Positions 30,338-41,625 of a DNA stretch of 64,000 nucleotides are shown here, in pieces. The translations under genes and the position numbers were made by a program. The stretch lies in NCBI GenBank assembly GCA_963815115.1, contig CAWFFN010000009.1, positions 704,001 through 768,000 of the forward strand, read 5' to 3'. Positions within the stretch are counted from its first letter, which is position 1, and every line of letters begins with the position of its first letter. The stretch comes from an uncultured delta proteobacterium (GTDB lineage Bacteria; Desulfobacterota; Binatia; DP-6). The notes under the pieces were generated by a model. That model searched no databases. It worked only from the letters and a program-made list of their open reading frames with translations, and had not been told where the DNA came from.

Positions 30338-32002
30338 ATGGGCGACCTGGCGATGGTGGGGACGAACGGCGCCGGCGGCGCCACGGTGGCGGTTGCCGAG
30401 ACGCCGCGGTGGCGCTTCGGCGTGCCGCTCGCCGCCCTCAGCGGGCTCTGCCTGGCGGCCGCGTTTCCCTCGCTGGAGATCGCGCCGCTCGCCTGGATCG
30501 GCCTCGTGCCGCTGCTGCTCGCGATCCGCGGCCGATCGCCCCTGCGGGCGTTCGGGCTCGGCTGGATCACCGGGACCGTCTTCTATCTCGCCACCTGCTA
30601 CTGGATCGTCTACACCATCGGACACTACACCGCGTTGCCGCGACCGGTGGCGGCGGGCGTGCTGTTCCTGATGGCGGGCGCGCTCGGGTGCTATCACGGT
30701 GCCTTCGCCCTCGGCGTCGCCTGGTTCGAGCGCCGCCGTCTGCCCTCGATCTGGCTGGCGCCGGCGCTCTGGGTGATGCTCGAGTGGCTGCGGGGATGGT
30801 TCTTCATCGGCTTTCCGTGGGCCGCGCTCGGCTACTCGCAGTATCGCTTCCACGACCTCGTGCAGATGGCCGAGGTGACCGGCGTGTACGGCGTGTCCGC
30901 CGTGCTCGTCCTGTTCAACATGGTGGTCGCCGCCGTGCTGCTCGCGCGCGGCCGCGGGGCGCGGCGCAACCTTCCGGCGCTCGCCACGCTCACGCTGCTC
31001 CTCGTCGTGCTCCTCGGGCTCGGGCGCTGGCGTGTCGCCGAGCTGGATGTGCTGCCCGCCGCCGGCCACATTCGCGTCGGTCTGGCCCAGGGCAACGTCG
31101 AGCAGGACAGGAAATGGGATCCCGCATTCCAGGACGAGACCATGCGCCGCTACCGCGAGCTCACGCTCGCCGCGTCCCACGAGCATCCCGCGCTGATCGT
31201 CTGGCCGGAGACGGCCGCGCCGTTCTTCTTCCAGGAGGCCGGACCGCACCGCGACGACGTGCTGGCGCTGTCCCGCGAGGCCGGCGTGCCCATCGTCTTC
31301 GGCAGCCCCGCCTTCCGGCAGACCGCGTCGGGGCGCCTCCAGCAGCTGAACCGCGTCTATCTCGTCGACGCCAGCGGTCGCGAGCTCGACACCTACGACA
31401 AGATGCAGCTCGTGCCCTTCGGCGAGTACGTTCCCTATGCGGGCGTGCTCTTCTTCGTCAGCCAGGTGGTGACGGCGGTGGGGCAGCTGGGGGCCGGGAT
31501 CGTGCCGACCGTATTCCAGATCCCGGAGGGCCGCTTCGGCGCGCTCATCTGCTACGAGGGCATCTTTCCGGCGCTCACGCGGCGGTTCGTGGACGGCGGA
31601 GCGCAGTTCCTGGTCAACGTGACCAACGACGCCTGGTACGGCAATACCTCGGCTCCCTACCAGCACCTGGCCCAGGCGGCGTTCCGCACGGTCGAGAACC
31701 GCGTGCCGATGGTGCGGGCGGCGAATACCGGCATCAGCGCCGTCATCGACGCCGACGGCCAGATTCGCTGGGAGGGCCCGCTCTTCGAGATGCTGTGGCA
31801 CGTCGACGAGATCCAGTGGACGGGCGTGCGCACGTTCTACACCCGCTACGGCGACGCGTTCGTCTGGCTCTGCGTCGCGGTGACCGTGGCCGCGATCGTG
31901 CTCGGCGTTCGCCGGCGCGGCGGCGCACGCCCGAGAGGATGGCGCGGCGACGGCTCCGGTCGGGAGCACCGAGCCGTCGCCGGAAGCCTCGGCAGTCAGT
32001 AG
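30338..32002 (+). CDS. lnt: Apolipoprotein N-acyltransferase
   Basis: TM N-terminus, GFPW, QGN, WPETA, YDKMQLVPFGEYVP, ICYE, TNDAWYG and RAANTGIS. Confidence 0.95.
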   Translation: MGDLAMVGTNGAGGATVAVAETPRWRFGVPLAALSGLCLAAAFPSLEIAPLAWIGLVPLLLAIRGRSPLRAFGLGWITGTVFYLATCYWIVYTIGHYTALPRPVAAGVLFLMAGALGCYHGAFALGVAWFERRRLPSIWLAPALWVMLEWLRGWFFIGFPWAALGYSQYRFHDLVQMAEVTGVYGVSAVLVLFNMVVAAVLLARGRGARRNLPALATLTLLLVVLLGLGRWRVAELDVLPAAGHIRVGLAQGNVEQDRKWDPAFQDETMRRYRELTLAASHEHPALIVWPETAAPFFFQEAGPHRDDVLALSREAGVPIVFGSPAFRQTASGRLQQLNRVYLVDASGRELDTYDKMQLVPFGEYVPYAGVLFFVSQVVTAVGQLGAGIVPTVFQIPEGRFGALICYEGIFPALTRRFVDGGAQFLVNVTNDAWYGNTSAPYQHLAQAAFRTVENRVPMVRAANTGISAVIDADGQIRWEGPLFEMLWHVDEIQWTGVRTFYTRYGDAFVWLCVAVTVAAIVLGVRRRGGARPRGWRGDGSGREHRAVAGSLGSQ

Positions 32003-33627
32003 CGCACCACGAACTGCCCGGGCAGAGACACGGCGCCCGGGCCGGGCAGACCCTCGTAGAAGTTCAGAGTCCCGTTCGTACTTGCCGCGACGCAGAACAC
32101 GCTTGCGAGCGTCACGGGGGCCGCGGTCCCGATGCTGAGCGGTCCGGCAGCCGAGCCCGCCTCCGTGATCGCTCGACACGAGGACTGCCCGAAGCAGCCG
32201 GACGTTCCGGGTGGTCCGAAACCCTGCCCCGGGCAGAAGTTGCCATCGGAGGGGCGGGAGTAGGAAGCGGCCGTGGTGAGCGGTGAAAGATTGATGCTCG
32301 TCAGCGCGAGGTGTTGACCGTCGATGCACTGGATCGACGGCAGGCCAAGCATGCAGGGATGTGCGGCGTCGGCGCCACCCGTCGGGCAGTCGCGCGTCAG
32401 GCCAACCGAGCTCGTCGATGTGCAGGGCAGACCCGTACGGGGACCGCGATCGCATGTGCCCGTCGCGGGGCTGCTGGGGCTGGCGGCTACCGGCGAGCCG
32501 CCGGCCCGGCAGCGCGGGCACGCCTGGCCCACGTTGCCCGTCATGTAGATGTCCGAGACCAGGGAGGCGTTGATTGCCGACGTGCCGGTGGATAGGTCGA
32601 GCGTCCCGCTGGCCGGCGCCTCGTAGGCGTTCAGCACACAGAAGCTGTACGAGGGGATGGCCGTATTGGGGGCCTCCAGCGGGGCGCCGAAGTTGCAGCC
32701 CGCGGCGGTGCAGTCGGGCTCGGTGCTGTTGACGCCGGGTGTGGTGGACGTCGCGCCGATCGTGCAGCTCGGGCCGCTGCAGCTGAGCCCGAACCGGTTG
32801 GTAGCGCCGTCCCGAGCCAGGCTCTCCTGGGCGACCGAATCGGCGCCTCCGACGTCGAGTCCGCCGCAGGGGAGGGTCTTGAGCACGACGTTCGATCCAT
32901 CCCTCGCATCGCCGCATGTGCCAGCGGCGGCGGTGGTGGTGAAGTCCAGGCTGCCGGGAGGCTGCAGGAGCATCGTGAAGTCCGCGATGCACGAGTCTCC
33001 GATCGCCTCGAGGTCCATCTGGTTGCCGATCGGTTGCGTGCAGTCGTTGCCGGGCTTGCTCTCCAGCTTGACGAAGCAACCCTTCGACGGGTCGGCGCCG
33101 CCATCGTATCGCGCCTTGGCCTTGTCGATGCAGCCGCCGAAATTCGGGTCCTCCGGCTTTCCGGGCGTCGCTGCTTTCTGGAAGCACACCAGGATGCTCT
33201 TCAGCATCCTCGCGATGCAGCGCTGCTTGCCCACGCCGCAGGACGACTGATCGAGGGGCGGCGGGTCGATACCGGCCATCAAGGCGTCCACGCAGGAGTC
33301 GACGCGCACTTCCGCCGCGGCGGTGTCGTCGAACGTGGCGCAGTCGTTGCCAGGCTTGCTCTCGAGCCTCTGGAAGCAGCCCCTGGCGGGATCGGTGCCG
33401 CCGTCGAACTTGGTCCTCGCCCGGTCGATGCAGCCGCCGAAGTCCGGGTCGGGTGGTCGGCCCGGGGTCTCGGCCTTCTCCTCACACGTCAGCAGCGAGG
33501 CGGCCTTCGTCGCCATGCACTTGTTCTTGGCGGCGATACACTTGCGCTGCATCGCCCACGAGCCTCCGCTCAGGAGGCATGCCGTGGTCAGGGTCGTGAC
33601 GAAGACAGCCGTCGATCGGTGGATCAT
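31996..33627 (-). CDS. Secreted Cys-rich hypothetical protein with two ~90-aa internal repeats
   Basis: Signal peptide and a duplicated module 'C..K.C.....L.C..KA.TPG.P.DP.FGGCID.A...DGG.DP..GCF..LESKPGNDC'. It ends in GLPGPGAVSLPG. Confidence 0.8.
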   Translation of the reverse strand: MIHRSTAVFVTTLTTACLLSGGSWAMQRKCIAAKNKCMATKAASLLTCEEKAETPGRPPDPDFGGCIDRARTKFDGGTDPARGCFQRLESKPGNDCATFDDTAAAEVRVDSCVDALMAGIDPPPLDQSSCGVGKQRCIARMLKSILVCFQKAATPGKPEDPNFGGCIDKAKARYDGGADPSKGCFVKLESKPGNDCTQPIGNQMDLEAIGDSCIADFTMLLQPPGSLDFTTTAAAGTCGDARDGSNVVLKTLPCGGLDVGGADSVAQESLARDGATNRFGLSCSGPSCTIGATSTTPGVNSTEPDCTAAGCNFGAPLEAPNTAIPSYSFCVLNAYEAPASGTLDLSTGTSAINASLVSDIYMTGNVGQACPRCRAGGSPVAASPSSPATGTCDRGPRTGLPCTSTSSVGLTRDCPTGGADAAHPCMLGLPSIQCIDGQHLALTSINLSPLTTAASYSRPSDGNFCPGQGFGPPGTSGCFGQSSCRAITEAGSAAGPLSIGTAAPVTLASVFCVAASTNGTLNFYEGLPGPGAVSLPGQFVVRY

Positions 33628-33733
33628 CGCCTTCCTCCCTTCTTGAACCGACCCCGAACCCGACCTGCCCTCCACATCGGGTGCGGGTCCGGAAACCTGG
33701 CAGGAGCGACCACGGCGGTTCACCCCCCGACGA

Positions 33734-34987
33734 TCAGCGTCCGGCGGCAACCAGCGCCGCGACGGTGAACCAGTCGTCGGTCACACCCGCTTTCTCGCCC
33801 TGGTGGAAGTACCAGCCCTGCTCGCCCGGGAAGCGCGGACTGGGAAGCGACACCCTCGTCGCGTGCTCGAGCTGCATGTCGACCATGACGACCGCCGGCG
33901 CGAAGGGCATCTCGTCTTCGTAGGCGATCGCGTTGCTGCCCGGGACCGACTGCCGGAAGCTCACGTCGTTGATCCAGATCTTCCACAGCTCGCCGGAGCG
34001 ATCGTAGATGTCGGAGTACGGGATGCCCCAGCTCTCCTTGTCGACGAAGAGCACGCGCTTCGAGTAGGCGTACTGCGGCAGCTTCGACGTTCCCTCGAGC
34101 ACGTACACCTTGCGCTTCTCCCACACGTCGTCGAACGCCCAGTCGACCTTGTCGTGCCACTTGACGGGGAAGTGCTCGGCGTGGGCGACGGCGAGGATCT
34201 CCTTCTCGCCGAGGTACTTCCAGTCCATCCAGGCGACCTGCCCGGCGTAGCCGTAGTAGCTGTCGACGTCGGTGTCCTGACCGAAGAGCGCGTCCGAGCG
34301 CTGCGCGCTGGACAGCCGCCGGACACGCCGGAGCGATGGGAGATAGAGCCAGGAGTCGTCCTGCTTGGAGGACTCGATGTAGCGGTTGCCGAGCGCGCCG
34401 ACGCCCTTCAGGTCGAAGGGCTCGAGGATGGGATAGAGACCCTGCTGCGCTCGATAGCCGTTGGGGTTCGGCTTCTCGGGCTTCGGGTCGACGTAGAGGC
34501 GACCCGTCCAGAAGAGGCGGCGGAAGTGATCGAGGAGAAAGTGGCGCTCGACCGCCATCGGGCCGTTCGGCGGGATCGAGCCCGTGTCGGCGTCGAAGTT
34601 TCGCAGGTCGGTGTCGTCGATCCCGTTGACGAACCCGTACTCGTAGTTCCACATGATCTTGAGCGCGAGCTGCGGGTCCTTCGGATCGAGGTTCGGGAAC
34701 GGCTGCCCGGCCACGTAGTTCTGGACGGTCAACCCATCCGCCGACAGCTTCACCTGCGGCGCGTACCTCTCGGTGGCGTCCTTGTAGGCCTTCGGCCACT
34801 CGACGCGCTTCGGCTCCGTGACCGTGATCGGGAACCCGCGCCTGACGCACCACTCCATCCCGGGCGAGAGGAGTCCCCTGGCCTTCTCGACGTTGCCTGC
34901 GTTGATCGTGTCTCCGGGTACGACCTCGGCTCGCGTATGCGCAGCAAGGATCATGACTGCTGCAATCGTCCAGAGCGTACGGTGCAT
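33734..34987 (-). CDS. DUF1329 domain (outer-membrane lipoprotein-sorting-like) protein
   Basis: GDTINAGNV, G.PFP, KIMWN, WLYLPSLRRVRRLS, YAYSKRVLFVDKE and YDRSGELWK. Confidence 0.88.
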   Translation of the reverse strand: MHRTLWTIAAVMILAAHTRAEVVPGDTINAGNVEKARGLLSPGMEWCVRRGFPITVTEPKRVEWPKAYKDATERYAPQVKLSADGLTVQNYVAGQPFPNLDPKDPQLALKIMWNYEYGFVNGIDDTDLRNFDADTGSIPPNGPMAVERHFLLDHFRRLFWTGRLYVDPKPEKPNPNGYRAQQGLYPILEPFDLKGVGALGNRYIESSKQDDSWLYLPSLRRVRRLSSAQRSDALFGQDTDVDSYYGYAGQVAWMDWKYLGEKEILAVAHAEHFPVKWHDKVDWAFDDVWEKRKVYVLEGTSKLPQYAYSKRVLFVDKESWGIPYSDIYDRSGELWKIWINDVSFRQSVPGSNAIAYEDEMPFAPAVVMVDMQLEHATRVSLPSPRFPGEQGWYFHQGEKAGVTDDWFTVAALVAAGR

Positions 34988-35276
34988 GCATCCCTCCAGC
35001 TCGACTGCTGCCGTGGATCGTCCACGGCGCGTCTCTCGAAGACAATCGTCTGATGTGCCGGCCGGCACCTCGTGATCGTCCCGACCGGGCGATGTGCGTG
35101 TACCGTCGTACGGTGCCCTCCGCCCGACGGATCACCTTCGGCGAAGCATTCCTGCCGAGACCGGGCCGGTGATCCGATCGCGCGGTCGTCCCGTACGTGG
35201 AAGGGGGAGCCGCAACGACCTCGAGCGCGTGACGATGTCGTCCCGTTTCCGAATGCTACCGGCCCGCTGCGAGCGC

Positions 35277-35903
35277 ATGGTCGACAAGCGCCCGATCCGC
35301 GAGTCGCTGCGGATCGCGAAGGTGGCCAGGCCGTCACGAGACCGAGCCGATGCGGACGACGTCGCCCTGCTGCTGGCCGTGGCCGGTGGCGATCGGGACG
35401 CCTATGCGATGCTCTACCATCGTCACAGCGCGGCGCTGCTCGGCTTGCTCTTCCAGATCCTTCGCAGTCGAGCCGAGGCGGAGGACGTGCTGCAGGAGGT
35501 CTTTCTCCAGGTGTGGAGACAGGCGGGCGACTTCGACGCGGAACGCGGAAAGCCCGCCGTGTGGCTCGTGATGCTGGCCCGCAGCCGCGCGCTCGATCGC
35601 CTGGAGACGATCGCGGCACGACGGCGGACGCTCAACCGGTCGTCGGACGCGATCTCGGAGAGCGCGCCGGACGCCGCCGAGCACGCGATCTGGGCCGAGG
35701 ATCGCTCCCGGCTCGTCGAGGCGCTGGCCGACATCCCCGATGCGCAGCGCGAGGTGATCCTCCTCGCGTACTTCGGTGGGCTCAGCCAGACCGAGGTGGC
35801 CGTGCGCCTCGACAAGCCCCTCGGCACCGTCAAGTCGCTCGCGCGGCTGGGGCTGGAGAAGCTGCGGAGACGGCTCCGGCTCCGGAACGAGGACGTGCGA
35901 TGA
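35277..35903 (+). CDS. ECF RNA polymerase sigma factor (SigK/RpoE-like); start uncertain
   Basis: AEDVLQEVFLQVW, WL...ARSRALD, LAYFGGLSQTEVA and PLGTVKS. Confidence 0.9.
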   Translation: MVDKRPIRESLRIAKVARPSRDRADADDVALLLAVAGGDRDAYAMLYHRHSAALLGLLFQILRSRAEAEDVLQEVFLQVWRQAGDFDAERGKPAVWLVMLARSRALDRLETIAARRRTLNRSSDAISESAPDAAEHAIWAEDRSRLVEALADIPDAQREVILLAYFGGLSQTEVAVRLDKPLGTVKSLARLGLEKLRRRLRLRNEDVR

Positions 35904-36682
35904 AGCACGTGGACGCGCACGAGATGCTCGCGCTGCATGCGCTCCGCGCGCTGCGGCGGCGAGACGCGCAAGGCGTCGAGGCGCATCTCGACGGGTGCGA
36001 GGCGTGTCACGCCGAGCTGGTCGATCTCGAGGAGGTGGTGGCGGAGCTGGCCCGAGCCGCACCGCCTCTGACGCCGTCCGAGGACGCCACCAGGCGGATC
36101 CTCGACGTGCCCTCGGGCGCTCCGGCCGAGCGACGTGCCCGTGGCGGCCGGCGTCCGGCGACTATCCGCGGTGGACGGTGCCGTGGCATGCGGCCGCTGC
36201 GGATCGTGACGGGCCTCGCCGTCGCTGCCGTGCTCGCGATGCTCGTCGTCTCCCACATGAGCCTGCGGCGTCGCCTCGAGCGCGCCACGGCGATGCTGGC
36301 TCACGGGCAGGAGCTGCTCGCCTTCATGAGCTCGCCGGAGGTCGTCACCTTCGCCCTCACGCCCGCCGACCCGATCCCCGATGCCCGCGCGCTCGTCTCC
36401 TATGACCGGCGCTCGGGGCGGGTCGTCGTCGTGAGCTTCGATCTGCCGCCGCCGCCCGCGGGCAAGGTCTACCAGCTGTGGCTCATCGCGGACGACGTGC
36501 GACCCGGCGGGATACTGCCCTCCGACCGGGGCGCAACGGTCGTGCGCGCGCGCTCGTCACCCGACAGGCGCGACGGTCCGTTCTTTGCCATCACCGCGGA
36601 GCCTTCTCCCGGAGAGCCGGATCCGACCGGCGACATCGTTCTCCTGGGGGGACCGTCCCGGTCGCTGCGGTCTGCACGCTGA
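35900..36682 (+). CDS. Anti-sigma factor (zinc-binding HxxxCxxC, RskA-like C-terminal domain)
   Basis: HLDGCEAC, a TM helix, LPPPPAGKVYQLW and FAITAEP..G...PTG. ATGA overlap with the sigma gene. Confidence 0.88.
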   Translation: MKHVDAHEMLALHALRALRRRDAQGVEAHLDGCEACHAELVDLEEVVAELARAAPPLTPSEDATRRILDVPSGAPAERRARGGRRPATIRGGRCRGMRPLRIVTGLAVAAVLAMLVVSHMSLRRRLERATAMLAHGQELLAFMSSPEVVTFALTPADPIPDARALVSYDRRSGRVVVVSFDLPPPPAGKVYQLWLIADDVRPGGILPSDRGATVVRARSSPDRRDGPFFAITAEPSPGEPDPTGDIVLLGGPSRSLRSAR

Positions 36683-36718
36683 ACGTCGAGCGCCGCCGGG
36701 CGGAGACGTGGAACCGGT

Positions 36719-37216
36719 TCAGCGCTCGCGCGCCATGATCGCGCGTTCCTCGGCGTTCATCTTGTTCCGGATGCGCGAGCCGTTGCCGAGATGACGCACG
36801 GAAGGCGGTCCGCCCTCCGAGAAGAGCTCCTCGTAGGGCTGCGCCGGGACGTACTCGGCCGGCTTGTGATCGCCGATCTCGACGCCGAGCAGCTTCTCGA
36901 CCAGGTCGACGTCGTACATGCGGATCGCGTCGTAGTCGGTCAGCAGGGCGCACACCTCGACGCAGATGTAGCAGCCGATGCATTCCTGGAAGCGGTCCTG
37001 CACCGGCTGCACCCCGCGGCCGGCGACGCTGCCCGGCGCGAGGTATTCGATGCACTGCACCGGACAGAACTCCGGGCACTTGCCGCACGGGAAGCAGAGG
37101 TTGACGTCCATGAACGCCACCTCGCGCGGGCGTTTCTTCTTCTCCCCGGATTCGTCGGGCACGTCCGGGACGCGCTCCTCCTTGAGCCGCCGCCGGATGA
37201 CGTCGATCGCCGACAT
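36719..37216 (-). CDS. 2x[4Fe-4S] ferredoxin-like protein
   Basis: CFPCGKCPEFCP and CIGCYICVEVC. Confidence 0.88.
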   Translation of the reverse strand: MSAIDVIRRRLKEERVPDVPDESGEKKKRPREVAFMDVNLCFPCGKCPEFCPVQCIEYLAPGSVAGRGVQPVQDRFQECIGCYICVEVCALLTDYDAIRMYDVDLVEKLLGVEIGDHKPAEYVPAQPYEELFSEGGPPSVRHLGNGSRIRNKMNAEERAIMARER

Positions 37217-37349
37217 GGCGGCACTCTCGCATGCGCGTGAGCAGGTGCCAACCCGGTATCGCGGCGGCGGACCGGGTCGGCCGCCGAAGTTTTGGTCTGG
37301 ACCGATCGCGAGGCGCCGCTAGGGTGACACCTACGAAGGAGGGACCGAC

Positions 37350-37700
37350 ATGCGCCGACTCATCCCGCTCGTCATCACGGCATTCCTGGCGACCAGCGTG
37401 TTGCCCGTGTTCGCCGCCACCGTTCTTCAGCGCGAGAACAAGCAGGAGCGTCGCATCCAACGCGGCATCAAGAACGGGAAGCTCACGCCAAAGGAGACGA
37501 CGCGCCTGCGCAACCAGGAATCGGTCATCAACCTGCAGCGGGCCCAGGCCAAGCAGGACGGCAAGATCACCGGCCGCGAGCGCGCCGACATGCAGCACGA
37601 TCTGAACCGACTCAACAAGGACATCCACCGCAAGAAGTACAACAAGAAGCGCGTGCACTATCAGAGCCACCATCACCACCACCATCACCACCACCGCTAG
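37350..37700 (+). CDS. Small secreted basic helical protein with a C-terminal His9 tail
   Basis: AAGGAGG RBS, signal peptide, QERRIQRGIKNGKLTPKE repeats; ends in HHHHHHHHHR. Confidence 0.8.
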   Translation: MRRLIPLVITAFLATSVLPVFAATVLQRENKQERRIQRGIKNGKLTPKETTRLRNQESVINLQRAQAKQDGKITGRERADMQHDLNRLNKDIHRKKYNKKRVHYQSHHHHHHHHHR

Positions 37701-37729
37701 GCGAGGGACGGTGGCCCGGCCGCCGCGCC

Positions 37730-38146
37730 TCAGCCGTGGCGCGCGAGCACGGCACTCGTCAGGACGGCGAAGAGCATGATCATGAGCGCGGCGAAGGGGT
37801 GCTGGGTGGCGATCGCCCCGGCGGCGACCCCCACGCAGGACCCCGTCAGGCGCCCGTCCTCGCGGCGCACGAACGAGATGATGCCGAGCACGAGCGCGGC
37901 GAACCCCAGGACGGCAGAGGTCGTCGCGATCCGTTGACGCCACACGCTCGGCGCGCTCGCGGGGTCGGTGGCCTGTGAGGCCGGCGGCAGCCCGAGCGCC
38001 CGGCGCCCCACCCACGCGATCCAGCCGCTCTCCCAGCCGGAGACCGGCTCCGTCTCGGGCGACACCCACCCGGGAAGCAGCGCGAGACCCAGCGCGAAGA
38101 TCCCGACGGCGAGACCAGCCCAGCCGAACTCCCGACCCCTGGTCAT
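37730..38146 (-). CDS. Small integral membrane hypothetical protein
   Basis: 138 aa with 3-4 hydrophobic segments. Confidence 0.6.
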   Translation of the reverse strand: MTRGREFGWAGLAVGIFALGLALLPGWVSPETEPVSGWESGWIAWVGRRALGLPPASQATDPASAPSVWRQRIATTSAVLGFAALVLGIISFVRREDGRLTGSCVGVAAGAIATQHPFAALMIMLFAVLTSAVLARHG

Positions 38147-38256
38147 CCGGGAAGCCCTCTATGCGTTCGCGCGGCGCCGGCGCAACCTGCGGCTGCGGGA
38201 TAGCTCGCGCCGCACGACGCCATCCGGTATGTTCGGCCGTCATGGAGCGGGGCAAG

Positions 38257-39390
<1,134 letters not shown>

Positions 39391-39394
<4 letters not shown>

Positions 39395-40005
39395 GCGGCA
39401 GCACGCGGGCGGCGGAGATCCTCGCCGCCACCGGCGCGGTGATCACCGGCAGCCACGTCGTCTACACCTCCGGCCGCCACGGCAGCGCCTACGTGAACAA
39501 GGACGCGGTCTACCCGCATCCGGTGCACGTCTCGGAGCTCTGCCGGCTGTTCGCCGATGCCGCCGCGCCCTGTCGCCCGGAGGTCGTCTGCGGGCCGGCG
39601 CTCGGCGGCATCATCCTGTCGCAGTGGACGGCCCATCACCTCGGTGCCCTCGCGGTGTACGCGGAGAAGGTGCCGGAGGGCGGCCTCGCGCTGCGCCGGG
39701 GCTACGATCGCCTCGTCGCGAGGCGGCGGGTTCTGGTGGTCGAGGACATCCTCACCACGGGCGGGTCGGTGCGGCAGGCGGTCGCGGCGGTGCGGGCCGC
39801 CGGCGGCGAGGTGGTGATGGCTGCCGCCCTGTGCAATCGCGGCGGCGTCACCGCCGCCGAGCTCGGCGTGCCGGCGCTCGCCTCGCTGGTCACGCTGTCG
39901 CTCGACTCGTGGGAGGCGTCCGCGTGTCCGCTCTGCCGGGACCACGTGCCGATCAACACCGACGTCGGCAAGGGCCGGGAGTTCGTGGCGTCGCACCATG
40001 CGTAG
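39391..40005 (+). CDS. pyrE: Orotate phosphoribosyltransferase
   Basis: HVVYTSGRHGSAY, GPALGGI and the PRPP motif VVEDILTTGGS. Confidence 0.9.
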
Positions 40006-40693
40006 GCCGGCCGCTGGCCTCATTCCGTGGGTGTTCTTGCTCGGGCTCCCGGGCTGCATGCGCACCCTCGGGCTGGAGCCGCCGCGGCTCGATCCGTCGG
40101 CCACCTTCTCCGCCTATCGCACGCACGACGGCTTCACGATCGCCCGCGCCGAGGGAGGAAAGTCCGGCAGCATCGATCCGGCAGGATGGTCGGGCTGGGC
40201 GCCGACGTTCCACGTCGTGCTGGCAGGATCGACGATCGCCGACCTCCGTCTCGAGTCGCCGGGACACGTGGAGATCCGCGATCCGGCCAACCCGGGTGGT
40301 CCGCTCATGGGAGAGATCGTTCCCGCCTGGGAGGACGGGGCGATCCGGCTGACCATGCGTGCTCCGAAGGAGGAGACGCTGCACACCCGGTCGTTCCGCC
40401 GCACGGAGACGACCTCGGGGCTCGCCGTGCTCACCCGCAACACGCAGATCACGCTCGACATGCGTGGAACGTATCGCGGGGAGGTGCGGGACGAGAGCTC
40501 CCTGCCCGACGGCTGGTACCAGGTCGGCGTCTGGGAGCCGTCCGGACGCCGGGTGTACGAGAGCAACGTCCCACGTGACTTCACCGTCGCCGAGGCGGCG
40601 GCGGTGGCGGTCGCGCTCGACGCGGAGGTCGACTTCATCCGCCGCACGGCAACCAACGCGTATCGCGGCTCGATGGGTGGCTTCGAGCGCTGA
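39998..40693 (+). CDS. Hypothetical lipoprotein
   Basis: Lipobox-like LPGC after a hydrophobic stretch; overlaps the pyrE stop. Confidence 0.6.
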   Translation: MRRPAAGLIPWVFLLGLPGCMRTLGLEPPRLDPSATFSAYRTHDGFTIARAEGGKSGSIDPAGWSGWAPTFHVVLAGSTIADLRLESPGHVEIRDPANPGGPLMGEIVPAWEDGAIRLTMRAPKEETLHTRSFRRTETTSGLAVLTRNTQITLDMRGTYRGEVRDESSLPDGWYQVGVWEPSGRRVYESNVPRDFTVAEAAAVAVALDAEVDFIRRTATNAYRGSMGGFER

Positions 40694-40845
40694 GCGACGG
40701 AGGCTCTGCGGTCTCGCGGCCCCCTTCCCCAGACGAGGGCGGAGGTGGCATGCTCCGCGCACGCGGGAGGACAGCAAGGTCGCATCGTAGCTAGCCGCCT
40801 CCGCCCGGGATCCCCGGGCGGGGTTGACGGAACGGAGGCAGGACG

Positions 40846-41625
40846 ATGCGGGGACGGCTCGTCGGCGGGCTCACGATCGCCGTCGTGGTGCTGGTCGCGC
40901 GCCAGGCAGGCGCGGCGGCCTTCTACATCCAGGAGCAGAGCGTGGCCGGCACGGGGCGCGCCTATGCGGGCGAGAGCGCCGTCGCGGACACGCCGGCGAC
41001 GATCTTCTTCAACCCCGCCGGGCTGACCTACCTCGAGCGCCCCCAGGTGATGGGGGCAGGCTACGCCATCCTGCCCGACGCCAGCTTCGACGACAGGGGG
41101 ACGACGGCGCGAACGCCGGCGACCTTCGGCGCGTTTCGCCGGGTCGGGGGGAACGACGGAGGCAATCCCTACGGGCCCACAGCGCTGGGCAACTTCTACG
41201 CCTCGATGCCGGTCGTCCCCGGACGGCTCTGGCTCGGGCTGGGCGCGACGGCGCCGTACGGCCTCCTCGTGGTCTACAACTCGACCTGGTTCGGGCGCTA
41301 CGACTCGACGAAGAGCCGGCTCGTGACCTTCAACTTCGCGCCCACGGCGGCCGTGCGGGCGACCGACTGGCTCTCCCTCGGCGTGAGCCTCAACATCGAG
41401 CACGCCTATGCACTGCTGCGCAGCGCGCTGCCGAACGCGACCACGCCGGGCGGTCCGACCGCGAAGAGGTCATGCCCCTCGGGCACGCCTGCGTGGCGCA
41501 GAGCGGCGTTCGCTTCTGCCCGACGACGTCGCTCGCCCAGCGCGTCCCGATGCGGGACGGCGTGCCGCTCGACGTCGACGTCACGCTGCCGGCCACGGGC
41601 GACGGTCCATTCCCCGCCATCGTGA
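40846..41625 (+). pseudogene. fadL: Truncated FadL/OmpP1/TodX outer-membrane long-chain fatty acid transporter (N-terminal ~195 aa only)
   Basis: Signal peptide, then FYIQEQS..GRAYAG, TIFFNPAGL, APYGL and WFGRYD. Similarity is lost after ~41435 and the frame runs into nonsense over the next gene. Confidence 0.75.
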
